Shown here in pieces: positions 1 to 9,968 of a DNA stretch of 64,000 nt. Under the pieces are notes generated by a model. That model saw only the letters and a program-made list of their open reading frames with translations. It was not told the DNA's origin and made no database searches. Made by a program: the position numbers and the translations under genes. The DNA lies in assembly GCF_009931435.1 (NCBI RefSeq), contig NZ_CP043414.1. One strand, written 5' to 3'. Within the stretch, counting starts at the first letter, position 1, and every line of letters begins with the position of its first letter. The DNA is from Escherichia coli. GTDB taxonomy: Bacteria; Pseudomonadota; Gammaproteobacteria; Enterobacterales; Enterobacteriaceae.

Positions 1-726
1 ACGCTGCGCCTGGATGACGCCGATATCGCACCGTATCACGACAACTTTCATGCACAACCGCGCTATATCCCGCTCAGCCAGCCCATGCCTTTACTGGCAA
101 ATACACCGTTTATTGTCACCGGCTCCGGCAAATTCTTTCGTAACGTCCAGCTTGATCCTGCGGCTAACTTAGGCGTCGTAAAAGTCGACAGCGACGGCGC
201 GGGCTACCACATTCTCTGGGGGCTAACTCACGAAGCCGTTCCAACCTCTGAACTTCCGGCTCACTTCCTTTCCCACTGCGAGCGCATTAAAGCCACCAAC
301 GGTAAAGATCGGGTGATCATGCACTGCCACGCCACCAACCTGATCGCCCTTACCTACGTACTGGAAAACGACACCGCGCTCTTCACTCGCCAGCTTTGGG
401 AAGGCAGCACCGAGTGTCTGGTAGTGTTCCCGGATGGCGTCGGCATTTTGCCGTGGATGGTGCCCGGCACGGACGAAATCGGCCAGGCGACCGCACAGGA
501 AATGCAAAAACATTCGCTGGTGTTGTGGCCCTTCCACGGCGTCTTCGGCAGCGGTCCGACACTGGATGAAACATTCGGTTTAATCGACACCGCAGAAAAA
601 TCAGCACAAGTATTAGTGAAGGTTTATTCGATGGGCGGCATGAAACAGACCATCAGTCGTGAAGAGCTGATAGCACTCGGCCAGCGTTTCGGCGTTACAC
701 CACTTGCCAGTGCGCTGGCGCTGTAA
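1..726 (+). CDS. rhaD: L-rhamnulose-1-phosphate aldolase, 3' portion (5' end lies outside the window)
   Basis: Reading frame is open from base 1; translation [16 protein letters not shown]...[35 protein letters not shown] recognised as RhaD; followed directly by rhaM. Confidence 0.95.
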   Translation, partial: TLRLDDADIAPYHDNFHAQPRYIPLSQPMPLLANTPFIVTGSGKFFRNVQLDPAANLGVVKVDSDGAGYHILWGLTHEAVPTSELPAHFLSHCERIKATNGKDRVIMHCHATNLIALTYVLENDTALFTRQLWEGSTECLVVFPDGVGILPWMVPGTDEIGQATAQEMQKHSLVLWPFHGVFGSGPTLDETFGLIDTAEKSAQVLVKVYSMGGMKQTISREELIALGQRFGVTPLASALAL

Positions 727-735
727 GGAGCAAAT

Positions 736-1050
736 ATGATCCGCAAAGCCTTTGTCATGCAGGTTAACCCCGACGCCCACGAAGAGTATCAGCGTCGGCA
801 TAATCCAATCTGGCCGGAACTGGAAGCAGTGTTGAAATCTCACGGTGCGCATAACTACGCCATTTACCTCGACAAAGCGCGTAATCTGCTGTTTGCCACG
901 GTAGAGATTGAATCTGAAGAACGGTGGAATGCGGTAGCCAGTACTGATGTTTGCCAACGTTGGTGGAAGTATATGACCGACGTTATGCCAGCTAACCCGG
1001 ATAACAGCCCAGTCAGTAGCGAGCTGCAAGAAGTGTTTTACCTGCCTTAA
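736..1050 (+). CDS. rhaM: L-rhamnose mutarotase
   Basis: 104 aa [33 protein letters not shown]... recognised as RhaM (YiiL); 9 nt after rhaD stop. Confidence 0.95.
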
Positions 1051-1090
1051 TGAGTTGCGGTGCCGGAAAATATCCAGCACCGCGCCTTCA

Positions 1091-2485
1091 TCAGAAGAAG
1101 TATTTAAAGCGAACGCGTGCGCCGTAACGGTCATCATTATCATCACCGTGTTTTTTATCACCGTCGCTATCCAGAATGGAGTAATAAGTACCAAGGTAAA
1201 TATTAAAGTTCTCCATATCCATCACATTAGCGAACTGATAAGACGCATGAATGGTGTGAATGGTGTACGTCCCTTCATCATCAATCCAGCAGTCGTTATC
1301 ACAAACTACACCGCTGAATTCATCAATCTTATTGTGCGCGTAGATATAACCCAGCTCGAAACGTTTCCACAGCGCGTTAATCCCGGCAGTGAAATCTTTC
1401 TCATTATTAGCATCTAAATAGGCGGTATTAAGATTAACCACGACGCCATTTTCCGGATCCGTTTTCAGGCCATTCCAGGTCATGCTCATACCATAGCCGG
1501 TACGATCGGACTGATCGACAAAATTACCCTTGCTATCGGTATAACCATAAGCATTATTTACTACGTTCGCTTCCATCGCTGCGGAAACGGTGAATTCTTC
1601 CGTCGGCGACCAGGCAATTACCGGACGCAGATAAGCAACATTTTTCTGCTGCTCCATATCGCGTCCATGATAATTACCGTCATTATATAAAGATGTTCCG
1701 TCTTCAAGTAACGTGTTTAATTCAAAATACCAGTTATCGAGTTGTTTGCTGACGAGGAAATTACCGCCAGCGTTAGAGCGCCCGCGGCCCTCTTTCATCA
1801 TATAGATATAACCGCTGCCATCGTCATAAAGATCGTTCGCAGTATTACCGGAATGTTCAACAAAGGTATCCTGATTCAGCGGGAACATATCGTAGGCTTC
1901 AAAACGGCCTACTTTGACCTTCCAGTCGTTTTCTTTGCCAAAGAAGAATACCGCATCATCGATATTTACTGAACCGTGCATATCCCCCAGCGGTTGTGCG
2001 GAGAACCCGGCGAAATAACCATTATCCAGTTTTCGCATACCATCAAAACCTAACAGAATACGACCATTGAGATTCCACTGTTCATTAGTGGGATCGCTAT
2101 TCACATCAGCGTTGGTCATTGCCAGCAGGCCATGATTACTTTCCGCATCCATATTAAATTCTACGTCGCCGTAGATTTTTAAATCGCCATAACCTGAAAG
2201 CAAAAGATTAGGTGAGGTGGCATTTTTCTTTGCAGATTCCGCCGTTGTCTGTCCATTTACCGGCGTATTGCCCTGGGCAGCCTTAATTTCGCGGATCTCA
2301 GCGGCTTGTTGTGTCTGCAGCTGTTTTACCTGCCCCTCTGCTTTTGCTGCCCGCATTTCTGCCGCTTCCAGGCGTTCTTCCAGCAATGCCATGCGTTGTT
2401 CCAGCGTTAAATGCTGTGTTTTTGCCATTCCGGTACTACATGCCAATAATAAACCGATGGCTAAAGATAATGTCGATTTTTTCAT
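1091..2485 (-). CDS. Outer-membrane carbohydrate-selective porin-like protein (OprB-like), signal peptide plus N-terminal coiled coil
   Basis: 464 aa ORF; N-terminus MKKSTLSLAIGLLLACSTGMA looks like a signal peptide; then a heptad-like Ala/Glu/Gln/Leu-rich segment; Gly/Tyr/Asn/Asp-rich remainder ending ...RFKYFF (terminal Phe typical of beta-barrel OMPs). Family assignment from memory, not searched. Confidence 0.6.
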   Translation of the reverse strand: MKKSTLSLAIGLLLACSTGMAKTQHLTLEQRMALLEERLEAAEMRAAKAEGQVKQLQTQQAAEIREIKAAQGNTPVNGQTTAESAKKNATSPNLLLSGYGDLKIYGDVEFNMDAESNHGLLAMTNADVNSDPTNEQWNLNGRILLGFDGMRKLDNGYFAGFSAQPLGDMHGSVNIDDAVFFFGKENDWKVKVGRFEAYDMFPLNQDTFVEHSGNTANDLYDDGSGYIYMMKEGRGRSNAGGNFLVSKQLDNWYFELNTLLEDGTSLYNDGNYHGRDMEQQKNVAYLRPVIAWSPTEEFTVSAAMEANVVNNAYGYTDSKGNFVDQSDRTGYGMSMTWNGLKTDPENGVVVNLNTAYLDANNEKDFTAGINALWKRFELGYIYAHNKIDEFSGVVCDNDCWIDDEGTYTIHTIHASYQFANVMDMENFNIYLGTYYSILDSDGDKKHGDDNDDRYGARVRFKYFF

Positions 2486-2959
2486 TATTTACGTTCCCTG
2501 AAATAAAGGAGACCCTACGCTTTCCAAAAGGAATACGTATATAGAGAAATATAAGGTGTGCACTTTCGAATTTTTAATCCAACTTCAGCAGGCCGATGGA
2601 TAGTATCCCGCCACATAATATGAGTAAATCCGCTGATTTCCTGGAACGTGAGGAATATAACAATAGTGCCGTTTTTAACTAAATATCGTAAAATATTAGA
2701 TATAATTCACGCTGACTCATAAGCCACAAATATAAATAGCCTTGCTGCAAAATATGTGCGGCAGTTAAACATTCACAACATCATTAAATAATGATTTCTT
2801 ATTCACTGCATTTATTTTGCCCATCAATATGTGCCTTACACCGCAAAATTTATCCTTCACTCTGCCTTATATTGTCACGACTTCACGACATATCCGCGCT
2901 CATCACAAAACCGCCCCGCCGTTACAATTAACTATAATATTTTTTCATGGAGTCCAATA

Positions 2960-3406
2960 ATGGCAGCCCTTACTGCAAGCTGTATTGACCTGAATATTCA
3001 GGGCAATGGCACTTATTCCGTTCTGAAGCAGTTGGCGACAATGGCGTTACAAAACGGTTTTATCACCGACTCACATCAATTCCTGCAAACCCTGCTGGTG
3101 CGCGAAAAAATGCACTCCACCGGTTTTGGTTCTGGTGTCGCCGTGCCGCACGGTAAAAGCGCCTGTGTTAAACAACCGTTCGTATTATTCGCTCGCAAAG
3201 CGCAGGCCATTGACTGGAAAGCCAGCGATGGCGAAGACGTCAATTGCTGGATCTGCCTCGGCGTGCCGCAAAGTGGCGAAGAGGATCAGGTCAAAATCAT
3301 CGGCACGCTGTGTCGCAAAATTATCCACCAGGATTTTATCAACCAACTGCGACAAGGCGACGCCGTCCAGGTGCTTGCTTTGTTAAATCAAACCCTCAGC
3401 TCATAA
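2960..3406 (+). CDS. frvA: PTS fructose-like IIA component
   Basis: 148 aa from ATG at 2960 (MAALTASCIDLNIQGNG...); the longer ORF-track start at 2831 is judged an over-extension; matches remembered FrvA length. Confidence 0.9.
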   Translation: MAALTASCIDLNIQGNGTYSVLKQLATMALQNGFITDSHQFLQTLLVREKMHSTGFGSGVAVPHGKSACVKQPFVLFARKAQAIDWKASDGEDVNCWICLGVPQSGEEDQVKIIGTLCRKIIHQDFINQLRQGDAVQVLALLNQTLSS

Positions 3407-3416
3407 GGACGTGGCG

Positions 3417-4868
3417 ATGGAGTCATCCTTACGTATTGTCGCGATCACCAACTGCCCCGCCGGGATCGCTCACACCTACATGGTGGCGGAAGCCCTGGAA
3501 CAGAAAGCCCGTTCTCTCGGTCATACCATTAAAGTTGAAACTCAAGGATCAAGCGGCGTCGAAAACCGCTTATCCAGCGAAGAGATTGCCGCTGCCGATT
3601 ACGTGATTCTCGCTACCGGGCGTGGCCTGAGCGGTGATGATCGCGCGCGATTTGCCGGGAAAAAGGTTTATGAGATTGCCATCTCCCAGGCGCTGAAAAA
3701 TATCGACCAGATTTTCAGTGAATTACCGACAAACTCACAACTTTTTGCCGCAGATAGCGGCGTGAAGCTCGGCAAACAGGAAGTGCAAAGTGGCAGCGTA
3801 ATGAGCCATCTGATGGCGGGCGTCTCTGCGGCGCTGCCGTTTGTCATCGGTGGCGGTATCCTGGTGGCGCTTGCCAACATGCTGGTGCAGTTCGGTTTGC
3901 CGTATACCGATATGTCGAAAGGTGCGCCGTCGTTTACCTGGGTGGTTGAATCCATCGGTTATCTCGGTTTCACCTTTATGATCCCCATCATGGGCGCTTA
4001 TATTGCCTCGTCGATAGCCGATAAACCCGCTTTCGCTCCGGCGTTTCTGGTTTGCTATCTGGCGAACGACAAAGCCATGCTCGGCACCCAGTCTGGCGCG
4101 GGCTTCCTCGGTGCGGTGGTGCTGGGGCTGGCGATTGGCTATTTCGTCTTCTGGTTCCGTAAAGTCCGTCTCGGCAAAGCGTTACAACCGCTGCTCGGTT
4201 CCATGCTTATCCCGTTCGTTACTCTGCTGGTTTTTGGCGTACTGACTTACTACGTTATCGGACCGGTGATGTCCGACCTCATGGGCGGGTTGCTGCACTT
4301 CCTGAACACCATTCCTCCGTCAATGAAGTTTGCGGCGGCGTTTCTGGTTGGTGCGATGCTGGCATTCGATATGGGCGGCCCCATCAACAAAACCGCCTGG
4401 TTCTTCTGCTTCTCTCTGCTGGAAAAACACATTTACGACTGGTACGCCATCGTCGGCGTTGTCGCGCTAATGCCGCCTGTCGCGGCGGGTCTTGCGACGT
4501 TCATTGCGCCCAAACTGTTTACTCAACAGGAAAAAGAAGCCGCCAGTAGCGCCATAGTGGTCGGTGCCACAGTCGCAACCGAACCGGCTATTCCTTACGC
4601 TCTGGCCGCTCCGTTACCGATGATTACCGCCAACACGCTGGCGGGCGGTATTACCGGCGTGCTGGTGATCGCTTTCGGAATCAAACGGCTGGCACCGGGT
4701 TTGGGTATCTTTGACCCGCTGATCGGCCTGATGTCGCCGGTAGGTTCATTTTATCTGGTGCTGGCGATTGGCCTCGCGCTGAACATTTCATTCATTATCG
4801 TCCTGAAAGGATTATGGTTACGCCGCAAAGCCAAAGCTGCGCAACAGGAGCTTGTCCATGAACATTGA
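3417..4868 (+). CDS. frvB: PTS fructose-like IIBC component
   Basis: Large polytopic membrane ORF directly after frvA; start taken at MESSLRIV to give 483 aa (start +/- 2 codons). Confidence 0.9.
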   Translation: MESSLRIVAITNCPAGIAHTYMVAEALEQKARSLGHTIKVETQGSSGVENRLSSEEIAAADYVILATGRGLSGDDRARFAGKKVYEIAISQALKNIDQIFSELPTNSQLFAADSGVKLGKQEVQSGSVMSHLMAGVSAALPFVIGGGILVALANMLVQFGLPYTDMSKGAPSFTWVVESIGYLGFTFMIPIMGAYIASSIADKPAFAPAFLVCYLANDKAMLGTQSGAGFLGAVVLGLAIGYFVFWFRKVRLGKALQPLLGSMLIPFVTLLVFGVLTYYVIGPVMSDLMGGLLHFLNTIPPSMKFAAAFLVGAMLAFDMGGPINKTAWFFCFSLLEKHIYDWYAIVGVVALMPPVAAGLATFIAPKLFTQQEKEAASSAIVVGATVATEPAIPYALAAPLPMITANTLAGGITGVLVIAFGIKRLAPGLGIFDPLIGLMSPVGSFYLVLAIGLALNISFIIVLKGLWLRRKAKAAQQELVHEH

Positions 4869-5928
4869 GTTACTGCAACAGTTGTGCGAAGCCAGCGCCG
4901 TCAGCGGCGATGAACAGGAAGTTCGCGACATTCTGATAAACACGCTGGAACCCTGCGTGAATGAGATCACCTTCGATGGTCTGGGCAGCTTTGTTGCCCG
5001 TAAGGGGAATAAAGGTCCAAAAGTTGTTGTTGTCGGGCATATGGATGAAGTCGGCTTTATGGTCACCCACATCGATGAGAGCGGTTTTCTGCGCTTCACC
5101 ACCATTGGCGGCTGGTGGAATCAGTCGATGCTCAACCACCGGGTAACCATACGCACACACAAGGGATTTAAAATCCCTGGTGTAATTGGCTCCGTCGCGC
5201 CACATGCGTTAACCGAAAAGCAAAAGCAACAACCGCTGTCATTTGATGAGATGTTCATTGATATTGGCGCAAACAGTCGCGAAGAAGCGGAAAAACGTGG
5301 CGTGGAAATTGGCGATTTTATTAGCCCGGAAGCCAATTTTGCCTGCTGGGGCGAAGATAAAGTGGTCGGCAAGGCGTTGGATAACCGCATCGGCTGCGCA
5401 ATGATGGCTGAACTATTGCAGACGGTGAATAACCCCGAAATTACGCTTTATGGCGTTGGCAGTGTGGAAGAAGAAGTTGGGCTACGCGGGGCACAAACCT
5501 CGGCTGAACACATTAAACCGGATGTGGTGATCGTGCTGGATACCGCTGTCGCGGGCGATGTTCCAGGCATTGATAACATTAAATATCCGCTGAAACTGGG
5601 CAACGGGCCGGGGCTGATGCTGTTTGACAAGCGCTACTTCCCCAACCAGAAACTGGTAGCAGCGTTAAAAAGCTGTGCCACGCAGAATGATTTACCGCTG
5701 CAATTTTCCACTATGAAAACCGGTGCGACGGATGGCGGGCGCTACAACGTGATGGGCGGCGGACGTCCGGTTGTCGCGCTGTGCCTGCCAACGCGTTATC
5801 TGCACGCCAATAGCGGTATGATTTCAAAAGCCGATTACGATGCTCTGCTCACGTTGATAAGGGATTTTCTGACCACTTTAACCGCGGAGAAAGTCAACGC
5901 GTTTAGCCAGTTCCGTCAGGTGGATTAA
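4858..5928 (+). CDS. frvX: Putative aminopeptidase / cellulase-family protein FrvX
   Basis: 356 aa ORF (MNIELLQQLCEASAVSGDEQ...) with metallopeptidase-like HMDEVGF segment; overlaps frvB end; position in frv operon. Confidence 0.9.
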   Translation: MNIELLQQLCEASAVSGDEQEVRDILINTLEPCVNEITFDGLGSFVARKGNKGPKVVVVGHMDEVGFMVTHIDESGFLRFTTIGGWWNQSMLNHRVTIRTHKGFKIPGVIGSVAPHALTEKQKQQPLSFDEMFIDIGANSREEAEKRGVEIGDFISPEANFACWGEDKVVGKALDNRIGCAMMAELLQTVNNPEITLYGVGSVEEEVGLRGAQTSAEHIKPDVVIVLDTAVAGDVPGIDNIKYPLKLGNGPGLMLFDKRYFPNQKLVAALKSCATQNDLPLQFSTMKTGATDGGRYNVMGGGRPVVALCLPTRYLHANSGMISKADYDALLTLIRDFLTTLTAEKVNAFSQFRQVD

Positions 5929-7676
5929 TGCTAAACGAACGCCAGTTAAAGATTGTCGATCTGCTGGAGCAACAGCCACGCACGCCTGGCGAGCTGGCGC
6001 AACAGACTGGCGTTTCTGGCAGGACCATCCTGCGTGATATTGACTATCTCAACTTTACCCTTAACGGCAAAGCCCGCATTTCCGCCAGTGGCAACGCGGG
6101 CTATCAGCTGGAAATCTTCGAGCGCCGCAGCTTTTTTCAGTTGCTGCAAAAGCACGATAACGACGATCGGCTGCTGGCGCTGTTATTACTGAATACCTTC
6201 ACTCCCCGTGCGCAACTCGCCTCGGCGCTTAATTTGCCAGAAACGTGGGTAGCAGAGCGCCTGCCCCGCCTGAAACAGCGCTATGAACGCGGTTTTTGTC
6301 TCGCTAGTCGCCCTGGTTTGGGCCATTTCATTGATGAGACAGAAGAGAAACGCATTATTTTGCTGGCGAATCTTTTACGCAAAGATCCGTTTTTAATTCC
6401 GCTGTCGGGAGTAACACGAGACAATTTTCAACAATTAACCACCGCCTGCGAAAAGCAACGTCGCTGGCCGCTGATGCAAGGCGACTATCTCTCAAGCCTG
6501 ATTCTGGCTATTTACGCGTTGCGTAATCAGCTTACTGACATATGGCCTGAATATCCCGGTAGCGAGATAAAACAGATCGTTGAATATAGCGGCCTGTTTC
6601 TTGGTGATAATGCTGTAAGAACGTTGACGGGGTTGATAGAAAAACAGCATCAACAGGCGCAGGTTATTTGTGTCGATAATGTGCTGGCATTGCTGCAAAG
6701 GGTGCCGGGCATTGCGTCATTGAATATTATTGATACGCAACTGGTTGAGAATATTACCGGGCATTTATTACGTTGCCTTGCCGCGCCGGTGTGGATTGGA
6801 GAGCACCGCCAAAGCAGCATGAATAACCTGAAAGCCGCCTGGCCTGCGGCCTTTGATATGAGTCTGCACTTTATTACGCTACTGCGTGAACAACTCGATA
6901 TTCCCCTTTTCGACAGCGATCTGATTGGTTTGTATTTTGCCTGTGCGCTGGAACGGCATCAAAACGAACGCCAGCCGATCATTTTGCTCTCTGATCAAAA
7001 CGCGATTGCCACTATTAATCAGCTCGCCATTGAGCGCGACGTCCTGAATTGTCGGGTGATTATTGCCCGCTGCTTAAGCGAACTGGTTGCCATTCGCGAA
7101 GAGATTGAGCCGTTATTGATCATTAATAACAGCCATTATTTACTGGATGACGCGGTCAATAATTGCATCATCGTAAAAAATATCATTACGGCTGCCGGTA
7201 TCGAACAAATAAAACATTTTCTGGCGACGGCATTTATTCGCCAGCAACCGGAGCGTTTTTTTTCTGCCCCCGGAAGTTTTCATTATTCGAATGTACGTGG
7301 TGAAAGCTGGCAACATATTACCCGGCAAATATGTGCGCAATTAGTGACGCAACACCACATTACCGCCGATGAAGCACAACGGATCATCGCCCGCGAAAGC
7401 GAAGGCGAAAACCTGATTGTTAATCGTCTCGCCATCCCACATTGCTGGAGCGAACAGGAACGCCGTTTTCGTGGATTTTTTATTACCCTCGCCCAACCGG
7501 TTGAGGTGAATAACGAAGTAGTTAACCATGTACTGATCGCCTGTGCCGCCGCCGATGCGCGTCATGAGCTAAAAATATTTAGCTATCTTGCCAGCGTATT
7601 GTGTCAGCATCCGGCAGAGGTTATTGCCGGGTTAACAGGATATGAGGCATTTATGGAGTTACTTCACAAGGGGTGA
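5928..7676 (+). CDS. frvR: frv operon transcriptional regulator
   Basis: 582 aa ORF, N-terminal HTH-like region, start codon overlapping frvX stop (TAATG at 5926-5930). Confidence 0.9.
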   Translation: MLNERQLKIVDLLEQQPRTPGELAQQTGVSGRTILRDIDYLNFTLNGKARISASGNAGYQLEIFERRSFFQLLQKHDNDDRLLALLLLNTFTPRAQLASALNLPETWVAERLPRLKQRYERGFCLASRPGLGHFIDETEEKRIILLANLLRKDPFLIPLSGVTRDNFQQLTTACEKQRRWPLMQGDYLSSLILAIYALRNQLTDIWPEYPGSEIKQIVEYSGLFLGDNAVRTLTGLIEKQHQQAQVICVDNVLALLQRVPGIASLNIIDTQLVENITGHLLRCLAAPVWIGEHRQSSMNNLKAAWPAAFDMSLHFITLLREQLDIPLFDSDLIGLYFACALERHQNERQPIILLSDQNAIATINQLAIERDVLNCRVIIARCLSELVAIREEIEPLLIINNSHYLLDDAVNNCIIVKNIITAAGIEQIKHFLATAFIRQQPERFFSAPGSFHYSNVRGESWQHITRQICAQLVTQHHITADEAQRIIARESEGENLIVNRLAIPHCWSEQERRFRGFFITLAQPVEVNNEVVNHVLIACAAADARHELKIFSYLASVLCQHPAEVIAGLTGYEAFMELLHKG

Positions 7677-7679
7677 ACT

Positions 7680-7704
7680 GTGTCGGATGCGCCGCATCCG
7701 ACAC
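7680..7704. terminator. Palindromic hairpin between convergent frvR and yiiG (putative bidirectional terminator / REP-like)
   Basis: GTGTCGGATGCG..CGCATCCGACAC perfect inverted repeat at 7680-7704, just after the frvR stop and before the yiiG stop. Confidence 0.4.
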
Positions 7705-7731
7705 TGCATTTATCACCAAAATCAAAAACAT

Positions 7732-8787
7732 TTAACGCAGGCGATTATAGTCATCGACCATTTCGTTGTACTCGCGTAACGCTCGCGGAAATGAGTCGTC
7801 GACCATCCAGCTGGTGTTTGCATCCTGAAGTTGCTCTTTATCCCAGTCAGAGTACGGAACTTTATCTCTGACGCGGCGAACGTATTTTTTAGCCTCGAGT
7901 TGATACTGGTCTGCCGAATTAATGAACGAGAAATTCATACCGCCTTTATCCGCTTCTTTGGCCTGCGCCACCAGCGTTTCCAGTTCAGAGACTTTCTTCA
8001 TTGCCGCATCAACATCAAACTTCTCTTGCGAAATCAGGTTATTAATTTGTTTCGCTGAAATCATGACTGCCAGGGAGTAGTAGTGGAATGTTTTTCCTTC
8101 TGTTTCTTCAATATTTTTCAGTTCCGCAAGCTGACGCTTATCGTTAATTTCCTGAATCGCCGCATGATAAGATTCTGCTACAGGTTCAAAGGCTTCAAGA
8201 TTTTTTAAGAATGTCTGGTGCAGCGTTTTCCCTTTCGCAAACGCATCGTCTTTATAATTTTCCTGGGTGTAATATTTATCCATTTCGTTAATGGTATTAC
8301 CCAACGCCACGGCAGCATCAATATAACTCACCGCCACGCCATCAATAGGTTGCAGCGCAGGCGTTAACGCCACAGCACTTTTTACGCCTTTTTCACACTC
8401 AGCGAGGTTGGATTCACTAATACCGTAGATACCATAAACAGTACGCTCTTCACCGGTAGGGCCCTGTTTAAAATCTTTCAGCCAGTCAGCATAACGCGCC
8501 AGACTGCTCTGTACCGGGATCTGTAACTTGTTGTAGCACTTGATATAGACATCCATTTTTTCGTCGAAAACCGCTTGTTCATCGACCACCGGTTGCGCAG
8601 GTGTTTCAGGTTTAGCTTCTGCTTTTGCAACGGGAGCTTCAGTAGGTTTCGCTTCAGGAGTTGGTGCGGCAGGTTGACTATTGGCGGGCGGGGGCGTTTC
8701 TGTTTCGGATTTTTTATCGTCACAACCCGTGAGACCGAGAGCCATTATGGCGACTATAATAGCGGAAGATAATAAATTCCTTTTCAT
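7732..8787 (-). CDS. yiiG: Lipoprotein YiiG (DUF3829 family)
   Basis: 351 aa ORF with lipoprotein signal MKRNLLSSAIIVAIMALGLTGC followed by Pro/Ala/Glu-rich linker; position between frvR and fdhD. Confidence 0.9.
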   Translation of the reverse strand: MKRNLLSSAIIVAIMALGLTGCDDKKSETETPPPANSQPAAPTPEAKPTEAPVAKAEAKPETPAQPVVDEQAVFDEKMDVYIKCYNKLQIPVQSSLARYADWLKDFKQGPTGEERTVYGIYGISESNLAECEKGVKSAVALTPALQPIDGVAVSYIDAAVALGNTINEMDKYYTQENYKDDAFAKGKTLHQTFLKNLEAFEPVAESYHAAIQEINDKRQLAELKNIEETEGKTFHYYSLAVMISAKQINNLISQEKFDVDAAMKKVSELETLVAQAKEADKGGMNFSFINSADQYQLEAKKYVRRVRDKVPYSDWDKEQLQDANTSWMVDDSFPRALREYNEMVDDYNRLR

Positions 8788-8941
8788 TTAATTGCCTTAT
8801 AAATAGATAAATAAGAGAGTGAATATAATAAATGAAAAAAGAAAATGTCACTACACGCGTTTTGTTTATAAATAAGTCGATAATATTCATAAAATGAATA
8901 AGTCCTGTAATTTAATTTCTAAATCACAGGACTTATTTTAA

Positions 8942-9775
8942 TTAATTACTCAAACGCTGCGGATGGGTATAAACCGTTGCCCGACCCGGCTTACAAAAGC
9001 CCACCAGCGTCAAATTACAGCGCTCAGCCACTTCTACGGCAAGCGTGGTCGCGGCAGACACCGCAAACAAAATTTCTACGCCGCACATCGCTGACTTTTG
9101 CACCATTTCATAACTGGCACGACTGGAAACCAGCACCGCACCTTGCTGCCAGCTTTCCCCTTCTTGTGACCGGCGGCCTAACAGTTTATCCAGCGCCACA
9201 TGGCGACCCACGTCTTCATGCCCGCCTACCAGTTCGCCAGATGGCAACATCCAGGCAGCGGCGTGAGTACAACCAGTCAGTTGCCCCACTGGCTGGAAAT
9301 CATTGAGATGGCGTAATGCATCATCCAGTTTGTTGAGATCAAATGTCTGAGTGAACGGCAGCGGCTGCACCGGTTTACCGATGTCATTAAGTTGCTCCAC
9401 GCCGCACACACCACATCCCGTACGTCCCGCCAGTGCCCGACGACGCTCCTTCAACCCCATAAAGCGGCGGCTGGAAAGCTCAATTTGCACTTCCAGACCA
9501 TTACAGGAAGGAACGACATCCATACCGAAGATATCGCGCGGACTTTCGATAATCCCCTCGGAAAGCGAAAAACCGAGCGCAAAGTATTCAAGGTCTTTGG
9601 GCGACGCCATCATCACCACATGCGAAATGCCGTTGTAGACCAGCGCAACGGGAACCTCTTCCGCCACCTCATCTAACCGTGGGTGTTGTAAATCGTCACG
9701 CCGCCATAACTCAATTTGACGAACACCTGTGACATTTGTCACATTTTTGATTTCTTTTTGCTGTGTTTTTTTCAC
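8942..9775 (-). CDS. fdhD: Formate dehydrogenase accessory sulfurtransferase FdhD
   Basis: 277 aa [31 protein letters not shown]... recognised as FdhD; divergent from fdoG. Confidence 0.95.
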   Translation of the reverse strand: MKKTQQKEIKNVTNVTGVRQIELWRRDDLQHPRLDEVAEEVPVALVYNGISHVVMMASPKDLEYFALGFSLSEGIIESPRDIFGMDVVPSCNGLEVQIELSSRRFMGLKERRRALAGRTGCGVCGVEQLNDIGKPVQPLPFTQTFDLNKLDDALRHLNDFQPVGQLTGCTHAAAWMLPSGELVGGHEDVGRHVALDKLLGRRSQEGESWQQGAVLVSSRASYEMVQKSAMCGVEILFAVSAATTLAVEVAERCNLTLVGFCKPGRATVYTHPQRLSN

Positions 9776-9968
9776 TTTCTATTAACCGGATAAGAACACA
9801 CACACCAACATTATGGTATTCTGTTACAAACCCTTCCTGGATGGAGGGAAATTGAGCCAATTCTGGACCTTTGCGGCCCCTTCCGCAAAGAAAAATAACT
9901 CCCACTCCCTGCACACGCAGCAAGCGAATGTAAATGGGACGTGACAATGTCGAAACAAGGAGCAATCC

